Part shown: positions 39,777 through 49,263 of the stretch, piece after piece
How the letters are laid out: each line of letters starts with the position of its first letter
How positions within the stretch are numbered: position 1 is the first letter of the stretch
Source: Rhodothermales bacterium
Lineage (GTDB): Bacteria; Bacteroidota; Rhodothermia; Rhodothermales; Bin80
Assembly (NCBI GenBank): GCA_965207385.1
Contig: CBDBLZ010000021.1
Coordinates: 641,205 to 705,204, forward strand
DNA length: 64,000 nucleotides
Direction of reading: 5' to 3'
Notes under the pieces: model-generated
The model's input: only the letters and a program-made list of their open reading frames with translations
What the model was told of the DNA's origin: nothing
The model's database searches: none
Translations under genes and position numbers: made by a program

Positions 39777-41153
39777 GTGAAGGATCTTTTTGCCGAAGCT
39801 GAAAAGCGCCACCGGTTAAGGGCTGCACCTCTCGCCGACCGCATGCGGCCGCGCGAACTGGGCGAGTTCGAGGGTCAGGAGCGTATTCTGGGCCGCGGGA
39901 AGCTGCTGCGCCGAGCCATCGAGGCCGACAGGATCCGCTCTCTAATACTGTTCGGGCCTCCCGGTACGGGCAAGACCACGCTTGCGCGCGTAATAGCCCG
40001 CACCACGCGTGCGCACTTTGCTACGCTCAATGCGGTAATGTCCGGAGTAAAGGATATTCGTGTTGCGACCGAGCAGGCCGATGAACGGCTGCGCATGCAC
40101 GGCAGGCGCACCATTATGTTTGTAGACGAGGTGCACCGCTTCAACAAGGCCCAACAGGATGCCCTACTGCCAAGTGTCGAAAGCGGGACCATCGTCTTTA
40201 TCGGCGCTACGACGGAGAATCCGTACTTCGAGGTCATAAAGGCGCTGGTGAGCCGATCGCGCGTATTTGAATTCCGGCCCCTGGAAGAAGTCCACCTGAA
40301 GAAGCTGGCGATACGCGCCCTGTCAGATGCACGGGGGTATGCGGACCGGCAGGTCGCACTGGAAGACGAAGCGCTCGAGCACCTGGTCCACACATCGGGA
40401 GGCGACGCTCGCTCGCTGCTCAACGCCTTGGAACTTGCCGTTGAAACGACGCCCCCCGGTCCGGAAGGTACCGTGCACGTTACGCTGGACGTTGCGGAAG
40501 ACAGCATTCAGCAGCGTGCTGTTCTGTATGACCGGGACGGGGATGCCCACTACGATACCATCAGCGCGTTTATCAAGAGTATGAGAGGCAGCGATCCCGA
40601 TGCCGCGCTGTACTGGATGGCACGAATGCTGTATGCAGGGGAAGATCCGCGCTATATCCTGCGCCGGATGCTGGTTTTTGCCGCCGAAGACGTAGGTCTG
40701 GCGGATCCCCGGTGCCTGCAGGTGGCTGCGAGTGCGGCGCAGGCATTCGAATACGTGGGTATGCCCGAGGGCCAGTACCTGCTTGCTGAATGCTGCCTAT
40801 ACCTGGCCACCGCCCCCAAGAGCAATAGTACCAAGGCGTACTTTGGCGCCTTGCGGCACGTAAGGAGCGAGGATGGTGGTGCTGTACCAGATGCTCTCAA
40901 GGATGCTTCGAGGGATAGCTCGGAACTTGGCCATGGAAAGGGATACCGCTACCCCCACGACCATGCCTACCACTACGTGCCTGCTCAGTATCTTCCGTCC
41001 GGCATGCTAGGTACATACTTTTACGAACCGGGCGCAATGGGTTTTGAGAAGTCCATTCGGGACCGGCTGGACTGGTGGCGTAAGCAAGATTTGGAAGCGG
41101 GCCTTGACAAGCGAAGCCGGCACTACTCGGCTGAAAAGCAGCGTGACCAATAG
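39777..41153 (+). CDS. rarA: replication-associated recombination protein A (AAA+ ATPase RarA/MgsA)
   Basis: 458 aa. Walker A is GPPGTGKTTLARVIA and Walker B is IMFVDEVHRFNK. Also FIGATTENPYFE and a C-terminal MgsA region (YDTISAFIKSMRGSDPDAALYWMARML). Confidence 0.85.
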   Translation: MKDLFAEAEKRHRLRAAPLADRMRPRELGEFEGQERILGRGKLLRRAIEADRIRSLILFGPPGTGKTTLARVIARTTRAHFATLNAVMSGVKDIRVATEQADERLRMHGRRTIMFVDEVHRFNKAQQDALLPSVESGTIVFIGATTENPYFEVIKALVSRSRVFEFRPLEEVHLKKLAIRALSDARGYADRQVALEDEALEHLVHTSGGDARSLLNALELAVETTPPGPEGTVHVTLDVAEDSIQQRAVLYDRDGDAHYDTISAFIKSMRGSDPDAALYWMARMLYAGEDPRYILRRMLVFAAEDVGLADPRCLQVAASAAQAFEYVGMPEGQYLLAECCLYLATAPKSNSTKAYFGALRHVRSEDGGAVPDALKDASRDSSELGHGKGYRYPHDHAYHYVPAQYLPSGMLGTYFYEPGAMGFEKSIRDRLDWWRKQDLEAGLDKRSRHYSAEKQRDQ

Positions 41154-41156
41154 CAC

Positions 41157-41783
41157 ATGCAGCGCTGGTTGAAATTTGCTGATCGCGTGGACCGCCTCAA
41201 CGGGCGCATCGGTCGGTTTGTCTCGTGGCTGGCGTTGCTGATGGTGCTGGTTGGGGCCTACAATGCCGTGGTTCGTTACCTGGCCGGGTTCTCAAGCATC
41301 GACGGCGATTCGGCCACGGGATTCGGCCGCATTCTCAAAGCTGTTGGCGAGCTGGCCCTTCCGCTGAATTCCAACATGTTTATTGAACTCCAATGGTATC
41401 TGTTCAGCATCATTTTTCTGCTGGGTGCCGCATACGGTCTCCGGTGCGGGGCGCACGTGCGTGTCGATGTCCTATACCAGCGCTTGTCGCCCCGCAACCG
41501 TGCGCGGATCGACGTAGTGGGGGCTGCCTTCTTCCTGCTTCCTTTCTGCGTCCTTATGGCTTTTGCCTCCTGGCCGTTTGTGGTGGAGTCCTGGGCTGTG
41601 CTTGAAGTCTCTCCTGATCCAGGCGGGCTGCCCCGCTATCCGCTGCTGACCGTCATTCCGGTGGCGTTCCTTCTGTTGGCGTTGCAGGGACTGGCACAGC
41701 TGGTCCGGAGCGTCTCCGCGCTGCGCTCGACGGTTTCCGGTAGCACCTCCACTCAGCCGTTCGAGCAACGTCATGGGATATGA
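41157..41783 (+). CDS. TRAP transporter small permease subunit (DctQ-like)
   Basis: 208 aa with four hydrophobic segments. It sits immediately upstream of the large permease and overlaps it by 11 nt. Confidence 0.7.
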   Translation: MQRWLKFADRVDRLNGRIGRFVSWLALLMVLVGAYNAVVRYLAGFSSIDGDSATGFGRILKAVGELALPLNSNMFIELQWYLFSIIFLLGAAYGLRCGAHVRVDVLYQRLSPRNRARIDVVGAAFFLLPFCVLMAFASWPFVVESWAVLEVSPDPGGLPRYPLLTVIPVAFLLLALQGLAQLVRSVSALRSTVSGSTSTQPFEQRHGI

Positions 41784-43119
41784 GTGGCTTGCGCCGCTGA
41801 TGTTTGCGGCGGCACTCTTGTTCATTTTTTCCGGTTACCCGGTAGCGTTTGCCCTGGGCGGAGTATCGCTGGTGTTTGCCGTGATCGGCGTTCTGGTCGG
41901 CTACTTCGACTGGCACCTGATGCTCGCTCTTCCGGACCGTTTGTTCGGCATCATGTCGAATTATGTTCTTCTGGCGGTGCCGTTCTTCATTTTCATGGGC
42001 ACGATGCTGGAAAAGAGCCGGTTGGCCGAGGACCTGCTGAAGACGATCGGGCTGTTGTTCGGTCCCGTTCGCGGAGGATTGGCTCTCGCCGTGGTATTCG
42101 TGGGTGCGCTTCTGGCCGCGGCAACGGGCGTAGTGGGTGCCTCGGTCGTTGCCATGGGCATGATCTCACTGCCCATAATGATCCGGTATGGCTACTCCAA
42201 AGAACTTGCCACGGGCGTAATCACCGCCAGCGGAACCCTGGGGCAGATCATTCCGCCGAGCGTCGTCCTGGTGGTACTGGCCGACCAGCTCGGCATCTCG
42301 GTGGGGGACCTCTTTATCGGAGCCCTGGTGCCGGGTGTTATCCTTGCAGGACTCTATGCCGTTTTTGCCGGTGCTGTGGCCCTCGTGCGGCCTGGCGCAG
42401 CGCCGGCCCTTCCCAGGGATGATCGGCAAGTCCCTGCGGCTGAGCTCGTCCGCCGCATCTTGCTGGTCATGTTCCCGCCACTGCTACTGATCGTGATAGT
42501 GCTTGGCAGCATCTTTGCGGGAATTGCCACGCCAACGGAGTCCGGGGCACTTGGTGCGGTTGGAGCCATTCTGCTAGCCGCACTCAACAGGCGATTGAGC
42601 CGCAAGGCCCTTCGGGAAACCATGGAGGAAACGGCCAAGCTGACCACCATGGTGTTATTGCTGCTGGTGGGTTCAACGGCCTTTGCTCTGGTATTTCGGG
42701 GGCTCGACGGAGGATTCTGGATCGAGGACCTGTTGACGAGTTTGCCGGGCGGCGTCATAGGATTCCTGATAATCGCGAATCTGGCCATCTTCGTGCTCGG
42801 ATTCTTCATTGACTTTTTTGAGATTGCTTTCATAGTGATTCCGCTGCTTGTAACGCCGGCGGCGACGCTTCTTGCTCCAATGCTCGGTGTACCGGCGGCG
42901 GTCGCACTTGTCTGGTTTGGCGTAATGGTAGGCATGAACCTCCAGACCTCCTTTCTGACGCCGCCCTTCGGATTTGCGCTTTTCTATCTCAGGGGCATCG
43001 CTCCGCCCGGAATAAGGACTACGGAAATCTACCGGGGCGCCGTGCCGTTTATTGGCATTCAGCTCCTGGGCCTGATACTGATCATAGTGTTCCCGGAGCT
43101 GGTGCTCTGGGCTCTATGA
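41773..43119 (+). CDS. TRAP transporter large permease subunit (DctM-like)
   Basis: 448 aa polytopic membrane protein with a DctM-type sequence (AVPFFIFMGTMLEKS, GTLGQIIPPS). Confidence 0.8.
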   Translation: MGYEWLAPLMFAAALLFIFSGYPVAFALGGVSLVFAVIGVLVGYFDWHLMLALPDRLFGIMSNYVLLAVPFFIFMGTMLEKSRLAEDLLKTIGLLFGPVRGGLALAVVFVGALLAAATGVVGASVVAMGMISLPIMIRYGYSKELATGVITASGTLGQIIPPSVVLVVLADQLGISVGDLFIGALVPGVILAGLYAVFAGAVALVRPGAAPALPRDDRQVPAAELVRRILLVMFPPLLLIVIVLGSIFAGIATPTESGALGAVGAILLAALNRRLSRKALRETMEETAKLTTMVLLLLVGSTAFALVFRGLDGGFWIEDLLTSLPGGVIGFLIIANLAIFVLGFFIDFFEIAFIVIPLLVTPAATLLAPMLGVPAAVALVWFGVMVGMNLQTSFLTPPFGFALFYLRGIAPPGIRTTEIYRGAVPFIGIQLLGLILIIVFPELVLWAL

Positions 43120-44247
43120 GGCCTGGGCCGCCGGAGTCCTGGAGGTTTCCCTTCCGAATGCCATTGCCGCATACGACCACTCGGCGGTAGCAGACCAGCG
43201 GTTGGACAGGTCGCGCCAGGCCAGGTAGTCCCCAAGGATCGCAGCATACATCGGATCTACGGCGGGCTCCCGGACAAGCTGCTCGGAGATTTCGGCCGCG
43301 GCGGCCATGATGTCTTCAGGAAACACGCGGAAACGGGTTCCGCTCGCAAGTAGCCTGTCATATGCCGGAGGATTCAGGGCATCGTAGCGCGCCAGCATGT
43401 CAAGGCTTGCTTCCTTGGCCGCCACGTCCAGCGCTTGCTGGTAGTGGACAGGAAGCTCGCGCCAGGCCGCTTCGTTGATATAGAACGACAGGTTGGCGCC
43501 CGGCTCCCACCAGCCCGGATAGTAGTAGTTGGAAGCGACCTCGGCGAAGCCAAGCTTTTCGTCATCGTAGGGGCCGACCCATTCGGCCGCGTCGATCGTG
43601 CCGCGGTCCAGTGCCGGATAAATCTCACCGCCGGGAATCTGCTGTACAGTGACGTCCAGCGCTTCCATTACGCGTCCTCCCAGCCCCGGAATTCGCATGC
43701 GAAGGCCCTTCAGGTCCGCCATGGATCGAAGCTCCCGCTTGAACCACCCACCCATCTGTACACCTGTGTTGCCGCCTGGAAAGTTCAGCACCCCGAAATC
43801 AGCCAGAACTCGGCGCGTCAGATCAAGGCCATTGCCATGGTACATCCACGCATTGAATTGCCGCGCCGAAAGGCCAAAAGGCACCGTGCAGTCAAATACC
43901 AGGGCCGGATTCTTGCCCAGGTAATAGTAGCTCGCCGTGTGCCCTAGCTGGATCGTGGCCTTCTGGACCGAGTCCAGCACGGAGAATGCCGGGACGAGCT
44001 CGCCGCCCGGGAAGATCTGGATCTCGAATCTACCCTCGGTAAGCGAGCTGACACGGCTGGCCAGAACTTCCGCGCCCCTGAAAATCGTGTCCAGTGACCG
44101 TGAAAAGCTCGATGCCAGCCGCCACCGCAACCTGGGCCCGCCCGTTTGGACGGCTGGAGCCTCGGTTGCAGCGCCGCCACAGGATGCGAGCACCAGGCCG
44201 GCGGATGCTCCCGCAGCGGCTTTTCGGACAAAATTTCGGCGCTTCAT
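43114..44247 (-). CDS. TRAP transporter substrate-binding protein (DctP family 7), Tat/lipoprotein signal
   Basis: 377 aa. N-terminus MKRRNFVRKAAAGASAGLVLASCGG. The body is typical of DctP. It is convergent with the permease genes and its stop overlaps theirs by 6 nt. Confidence 0.75.
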   Translation of the reverse strand: MKRRNFVRKAAAGASAGLVLASCGGAATEAPAVQTGGPRLRWRLASSFSRSLDTIFRGAEVLASRVSSLTEGRFEIQIFPGGELVPAFSVLDSVQKATIQLGHTASYYYLGKNPALVFDCTVPFGLSARQFNAWMYHGNGLDLTRRVLADFGVLNFPGGNTGVQMGGWFKRELRSMADLKGLRMRIPGLGGRVMEALDVTVQQIPGGEIYPALDRGTIDAAEWVGPYDDEKLGFAEVASNYYYPGWWEPGANLSFYINEAAWRELPVHYQQALDVAAKEASLDMLARYDALNPPAYDRLLASGTRFRVFPEDIMAAAAEISEQLVREPAVDPMYAAILGDYLAWRDLSNRWSATAEWSYAAMAFGRETSRTPAAQAS

Positions 44248-44288
44248 GGATCGCCTTGGTAGCGTCTAGGGTGTGCCATCGCCGCGGC

Positions 44289-45008
44289 CTAGCCTTTCGG
44301 GCGCAGTGGCCGCATGACGACTTCGGAAATCAGGTAGTTCGGGGATGCCTCCAGGACGTGCACCACGGTGGAGGCGATGTCGTCGGGGTGCATAGGATTG
44401 GGCGCCCCTTTTGAGCCGGCTCTTCTGCCAAATTCCGTGGCAACGGACCCGGGACATACGCACGTCACCTTGATGCCATGGGCGCGAACTTCTTTCATCA
44501 AGGCCTCGCTGAAGCCGCGCAGCCCGAACTTGGTGGCGTTGTACGCGCTCAGGTTCGGATTGCCGACGAGACCGGCAATGGATGCAATGTTGACGATATG
44601 ACCGCCGAAGCCATGCCGGACATTCTGGGCTTTCATGAGAGGAACGGCTAGGCGGGTACAAAGGAAGACGCCGGTAAGGTTGGTTTCGACCTGCGCTGCC
44701 CAGTCGCCTGGCTGTAATTCGTCGACTGCTCCGAATCTCCCGACGCCTGCGTTGTTGAGCAGGACATCGAGCCGGCCCTCATCCGCGCTCACGGCATCGA
44801 ACGCGGCACGGACTTCGCCTTCAACCGTCACGTCGCATTGCAGCGGAACAAATGCTGCACCAAGCTGCGCCCTTGCACGATCGAGCGCGGGCATACTTCG
44901 CGCCAGGCCGAATATCCGGGCACCCCGAGCGGCTATCCGGTGCGCGAAAGCCAGGCCAAGGCCTTCGGTTGCTCCGGTGATGACAACTATCTTTCCTTTC
45001 AGATCCAT
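44289..45008 (-). CDS. SDR family oxidoreductase
   Basis: ORF 44289..45032 with a likely start MDLKGKIVVITGATEGLG (TGxxxGxG). Catalytic motif YNATK and NNAG are present. Confidence 0.8.
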   Translation of the reverse strand: MDLKGKIVVITGATEGLGLAFAHRIAARGARIFGLARSMPALDRARAQLGAAFVPLQCDVTVEGEVRAAFDAVSADEGRLDVLLNNAGVGRFGAVDELQPGDWAAQVETNLTGVFLCTRLAVPLMKAQNVRHGFGGHIVNIASIAGLVGNPNLSAYNATKFGLRGFSEALMKEVRAHGIKVTCVCPGSVATEFGRRAGSKGAPNPMHPDDIASTVVHVLEASPNYLISEVVMRPLRPKG

Positions 45009-45244
45009 TGCTGTTCCATGACGAATAGGCATTATACTGGATTGCGGGTTCGCTGTTTTGGACGTGATCGAAAGTGGTTCTCAACAGTGGCTCGGCCGCG
45101 CATGGCAGGCCGAGTGGCTGGCACATCACGGCCTGGCGTGGGATCTTCTTCCTCCCCGGGGCGCGAACGGGCTGTGGGGGACGCTGCCTGGCCAGGTAGC
45201 TGCTACCCACATTCCGGCGGGCCACGCTGAGCTTCTGTAAGGAC

Positions 45245-46441
45245 ATGCATCCAGAGAACCCCTACCTGCCTAAGCACATCGCCTGGACGAGCGATACGCC
45301 GCTCGGCTTGGTCGTTGAGCGGGCGGATGGTCCTTTCATAGAGCTGGTGGACGGCCGGCGGCTCATCGACTTTGTCAGCGGCATCGCAGTCTCATCACTC
45401 GGACATCGTCATCCTCGCGTACTCGAAGCGGTGCGCACTCAGCTTGACCGGCACCTGCATGTAATGGTGTATGGAGAGTTCGTGCAGAGGCCGCAAGTGG
45501 AATACGCACAGCTGCTTTGCGCGCAGCTTCCGCGTACGCTGCAGTCCGTGTACTTTACAATGACGGGGACGGAGGCCAACGAGGGGGCTCTCAAGGTCGC
45601 AAAGAAGTTCACGGGCCGCACCAAGCTCATCGCTTTCAGCAATTCCTTTCACGGTGACACGCACGGGAGTCTGAGTGTCTCGGGGAGAACCGTTTACCGA
45701 AAACCCTTCTTGCCGCTACTGCCCAACGTAGAATTCCTGCCATTCGATGACGAGGACGCGCTGCGTTTGATCGACGACGAGGCGGCCTGTGTTATCGCCG
45801 AGCCCGTCCAGGGAGAAGGGGGCATGCGGGTACCCGCGGAGTCATGGTTGCTAAAGCTCCGGAAACGGTGTACGGAGGCCGGCGTCCTGCTCATCTTTGA
45901 CGAGATCCAGACAGGATTCGCTCGCACTGGAATGCTCTTCGCCTTCGAGCACACCGGCGTCGTACCGGATATTCTTACCCTTGCCAAGGCAATGGCGGGA
46001 GGTATGCCGCTCGGTGCCTTCGTAGCCAGCTCCGAAATTATGGATACCTTGCGTCGCGATCCCCCGCTGAGCCACGTCACGACCTTTGGCGGACATCCCG
46101 TCTCGTGTGCAGCTGCGCTTGCGACGCTGCGCGTGATACTGGAGGATGGCCTGGCCGCAAGAGCGCGGACCATCGAAGATCGCGTGCGTCAGAGGCTTCG
46201 TCACCCGCTCATTCGTGACCTGCGCGGAAGGGGAGCCATGCTTGGCATGGAACTGCCGGATGCCGCCTTGACCATGAAAGTGGTTCGTCGCTGCCTGGAC
46301 GCCGGCTTGCTGCTGGGGTGGACGCTGCATGCCGGGTCCCTTGTTCGCCTGGCTCCTCCGCTCAATATACCGGAAGACGTGCTGGACGAGGCGCTGGAGA
46401 TTCTGATGGAGTCTCTGGAGGAGAAAGAGCTCCTGCTATGA
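45245..46441 (+). CDS. class-III PLP aminotransferase (acetylornithine/4-aminobutyrate aminotransferase-like)
   Basis: 398 aa. Motifs: GIAVSSLGHRHP, FHGDTHGSLS, LIFDEIQTGFARTG, and LAKAMAGG (PLP lysine region). Confidence 0.75.
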   Translation: MHPENPYLPKHIAWTSDTPLGLVVERADGPFIELVDGRRLIDFVSGIAVSSLGHRHPRVLEAVRTQLDRHLHVMVYGEFVQRPQVEYAQLLCAQLPRTLQSVYFTMTGTEANEGALKVAKKFTGRTKLIAFSNSFHGDTHGSLSVSGRTVYRKPFLPLLPNVEFLPFDDEDALRLIDDEAACVIAEPVQGEGGMRVPAESWLLKLRKRCTEAGVLLIFDEIQTGFARTGMLFAFEHTGVVPDILTLAKAMAGGMPLGAFVASSEIMDTLRRDPPLSHVTTFGGHPVSCAAALATLRVILEDGLAARARTIEDRVRQRLRHPLIRDLRGRGAMLGMELPDAALTMKVVRRCLDAGLLLGWTLHAGSLVRLAPPLNIPEDVLDEALEILMESLEEKELLL

Positions 46442-46449
46442 AACCGGAG

Positions 46450-47955
46450 TCAATCCGTGGCAGGTCCGACGGGAGACTGTCCAATGCCTGACCTCGGTGG
46501 CGGCTTGAGGGCGCCTCTTACGTGGGACGCGTATGCCTCCAATGCGCGTTTTCGTGCGTAGGAATGCTCAACCACGGGATAGGGATACTCGCGGCCAAGA
46601 ACCACTCCTGCACGCTGCAGCGCGGACGCTGGCGCGATCCACGGTGCGTGAATGTGGGCATCGGGCAGTCCTGCAATCTCCGGGACCCACTTCCGCAGGT
46701 ACGCGCCCTGGGGATCGTAGCGCCGGGACTGCAGGACAGGATTAAAGACGCGAAAATAGGGCACGGCGTCGACTCCGGTACCTGCAGACCATTGCCATCC
46801 CGCGCAATTGTTTGCCGTGTCCGCATCCACGAGATGGCTACTGAACCAGGCTGCGCCAATCCTCCAGTCTGTGAGCAGGTGCTTGGTCAGAAACGACGCA
46901 ACCACCATGCGCGCACGGTTGTGCATCCAGCCGGTGGCCAGCAGCTCGCGCATGCCCGCGTCCACAAGAGGGTAACCGGTGGTGCCGTACCTCCAGCAAT
47001 CCAGCTCGGCGGCATTTGCGCGCCAGGGCATCCGGTCAAATGATGTGCGCAGGTTGTCGGTGCCCAGCTGCGGGTTGTAGTGCAACAGGTGCCTGCAGAA
47101 TTCGCGCCACATCAGTTGCCGAAAAAACGCGGTCTCGCCGCCTTCGGACTCAAGATTCGCCAGCGCGCTGGATACTTGCCTTGGGCCTATTTCACCAAAG
47201 TGCAGGTGAGGCGAAAGGCGGCTGGTTCCTCCAAGGCCCGGATAGTTCCGATCCTGTGCGTAACCTGCGATCGCCTGCTGGACAAACGCAGTGAAGCGAT
47301 CGTATGCGGCTGGCTCTCCCGGGTGCCATGCCGCGGCATAGTCCCGCGCCCCTGATCGCAGCTGCCAGGAGTGCAGCGATTCGCTCGCGGGCCAGGTTTC
47401 TGGCGGTGTCAATTCCCCTGGCGTGCTCAGAGGCGCATCAATCTTGCGCTCCCGGCACTGGCGCCAGAACGCCGCAAACACCTGATATGGCTTGCCCGAA
47501 GGCGTCGACACATCCCACGGTTCCACCAGCGCGCTGGCATTGAATGGCATCGCTTCGCAGCGCAGTTCCCGGCAGAGGGCCTTGACGTTTGCATCCGCCT
47601 CCAGCAGCTGCGGTTCGTAGCGGCGGTTCCAGGAAACGGCAGCGGCCTGCGTTTCCTCTATGAGAGCGGGGAGGATACTCCTGACCCGTCCCCGTCTAAA
47701 GGTCAGCCTGCTTCCCATTCGCGCCAGGTCCGCAGCCAGCGACTCCAGACTGCCGTGAAGCCACCAGCGCGAAGCGGACTGTTCCGGCGGATCATCTGTG
47801 GTCTCGTCCAGAATGTAGATCGGCAATACAGGGCCTCTACTTCGGGCGGCCCAGTCGAGCGCAGGATTGTCGGCCAGACGCAGATCGCGTCGGAACCAAA
47901 CCAGGACGGGGCTTCCAGGCTCAGTTCGCCCGGACCGCACGTCTAGCGCCGGCAT
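46450..47955 (-). CDS. phrB: deoxyribodipyrimidine photolyase (class I CPD photolyase/cryptochrome family)
   Basis: 501 aa, colinear with E. coli PhrB. Matching motifs: VWFRRDLRLADNPAL, TSRLSPHLHFGEI, WREF, TGYPLVDAGMRELLATGWMHNRARM, NCAGWQW and PYFRVFNP. Confidence 0.85.
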   Translation of the reverse strand: MPALDVRSGRTEPGSPVLVWFRRDLRLADNPALDWAARSRGPVLPIYILDETTDDPPEQSASRWWLHGSLESLAADLARMGSRLTFRRGRVRSILPALIEETQAAAVSWNRRYEPQLLEADANVKALCRELRCEAMPFNASALVEPWDVSTPSGKPYQVFAAFWRQCRERKIDAPLSTPGELTPPETWPASESLHSWQLRSGARDYAAAWHPGEPAAYDRFTAFVQQAIAGYAQDRNYPGLGGTSRLSPHLHFGEIGPRQVSSALANLESEGGETAFFRQLMWREFCRHLLHYNPQLGTDNLRTSFDRMPWRANAAELDCWRYGTTGYPLVDAGMRELLATGWMHNRARMVVASFLTKHLLTDWRIGAAWFSSHLVDADTANNCAGWQWSAGTGVDAVPYFRVFNPVLQSRRYDPQGAYLRKWVPEIAGLPDAHIHAPWIAPASALQRAGVVLGREYPYPVVEHSYARKRALEAYASHVRGALKPPPRSGIGQSPVGPATD

Positions 47956-48095
47956 TTTATGTTCCAGTCTGCGTGGCGTCTCGTACTGCTATTCCTGCGC
48001 AGCGGCCGGGGCCGTAGTGCGAGCGGTGGCCTCAGCGATGGACGGTCAAATGAGCGCTGCCTGGGCTTTAGGCGACGGCAACGCTGCGGTTCGCG

Positions 48096-48180
48096 CGGAG
48101 GGGGAGGGATTCGAACCCCCGGTACCTTTCGGCACGCTGGTTTTCAAGACCAGTGCATTCGACCGCTCTGCCACCCCTCC
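48096..48180 (-). tRNA. tRNA-Ser (anticodon UGA)
   Basis: Hand-folded reverse complement GGAGGGGTGGCAGAGCGGTCGAATGC..CTGGT-CTTGAAA-ACCAG..long variable arm..GGGGGTTCGAATCCCTC-CCCCTCC-G. The acceptor stem is a perfect 7 bp. The T-loop is TTCGAAT. CCA is not encoded. Confidence 0.85.
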
Positions 48181-48207
48181 GACAGTGGCGTGCGATTCCT
48201 GCGTCGG

Positions 48208-48295
48208 CGGAGAGGGTGGGATTCGAACCCACGATGAGCTTTTGACCCATACTCCCTTAGCAGGGGAGCGCCTTCAGCCGCTCGGCCACCTCTCC
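48208..48295 (-). tRNA. tRNA-Ser (anticodon GCU)
   Basis: Reverse complement GGAGAGGTGGCCGAGCGGCTGAAGGCG-CTCCC-CTGCTAA-GGGAG..variable arm..GTGGGTTCGAATCCCAC-CCTCTCC-G. It has a 7-bp acceptor stem and a class II long variable arm. Confidence 0.85.
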
Positions 48296-48346
48296 GAAGT
48301 TCGGACGTGTCCCGCAAACCAATCGAGCCGAAGTACCCGAAGAAGC

Positions 48347-49261
48347 CTAGCCCTGTTCCAGGGCGTTGGCTCCACTGATGATTTCCAGTATTTCGGTGGT
48401 GATGGCACTTTGGCGCGCACGATTGTATTGCAGGGTCAGAGTGCGCAGCAATTCGCTGGCATTGGAGGTGGCATTGTCCATGGCCACCATCCGCGCACCC
48501 TGCTCCGCAGCGTTGGATTCCAGGAGTGCCCGCCAAATAGCATAGTTCAAGTATCGCGGCACGAGGACATCCAGAATGGTTTGCGAATCGGGCTCAAACA
48601 GGTAATCCGCTACATAGCGATCCTTCAGCTCAGGTTGTTCAACGCCTTCGCTTTCCATGACCGGTGTCAGAAAGTGCTCGGGCGGAATGGGAAGCAGCGG
48701 CTCGACGATGCGATTCTGCGCTATCGTATTCCTGAACTCATTGTACACAAGACAAACCTCGTCCCATCTTCCTGATCCGAAGCCCCCGACAGCAGCTTCC
48801 CCTACGCTTTGTGCGGTATCGAACGTCAGATCCCGAAAGATGCCGCGGTAATCGCCAACGAGCGCATAACCACGCTTCTGGAAATGCTCGTGACCCTTGC
48901 GGCCGGCTGCCAATACTAGGGGGCGCTTGGCCTTATGCTGGTCGAGGTACTGTTCCGCAGTCTTGATAATGTTGCTGTTGAAAGCTCCCGCCAGGCCCCG
49001 GTCACCCGTTATCACGATCAGCAGCACAGCATCTACTTGCGGTCGCTCCACAAACAGCGGATGCGCAGCCGGGGTCACCTTTCCCTGTGACTTTAGGTGA
49101 CCAATTATTTCACCAATCTTGAAAGCGTAGGGTCGGGTCTTGAAAATGTTCTCCTGCGCGCGGCGCAGCTTGGCGGCCGCCACCATCTTCATGGCACGCG
49201 TTACCTGTCGGGTATTCTCTACCGAGCTGATGCGAATGCGGATGTCGCGCAGCGTTGCCAT
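48347..49261 (-). CDS. atpG: F0F1 ATP synthase subunit gamma
   Basis: 304 aa. MATLRDIRIRISSVENTRQVTRAMKMVAAAKLRRAQ at the N-terminus and LTLQYNRARQSAITTEILEIISGA at the C-terminus. Confidence 0.9.
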   Translation of the reverse strand: MATLRDIRIRISSVENTRQVTRAMKMVAAAKLRRAQENIFKTRPYAFKIGEIIGHLKSQGKVTPAAHPLFVERPQVDAVLLIVITGDRGLAGAFNSNIIKTAEQYLDQHKAKRPLVLAAGRKGHEHFQKRGYALVGDYRGIFRDLTFDTAQSVGEAAVGGFGSGRWDEVCLVYNEFRNTIAQNRIVEPLLPIPPEHFLTPVMESEGVEQPELKDRYVADYLFEPDSQTILDVLVPRYLNYAIWRALLESNAAEQGARMVAMDNATSNASELLRTLTLQYNRARQSAITTEILEIISGANALEQG

Positions 49262-49263
49262 GC

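Noticed and set aside
47867-48775. 302-aa ORF on the plus strand running across both tRNA-Ser genes and into atpG.
   Set aside because: It overlaps two cleanly folding tRNAs and the antisense of atpG, and it has no protein-like motifs.
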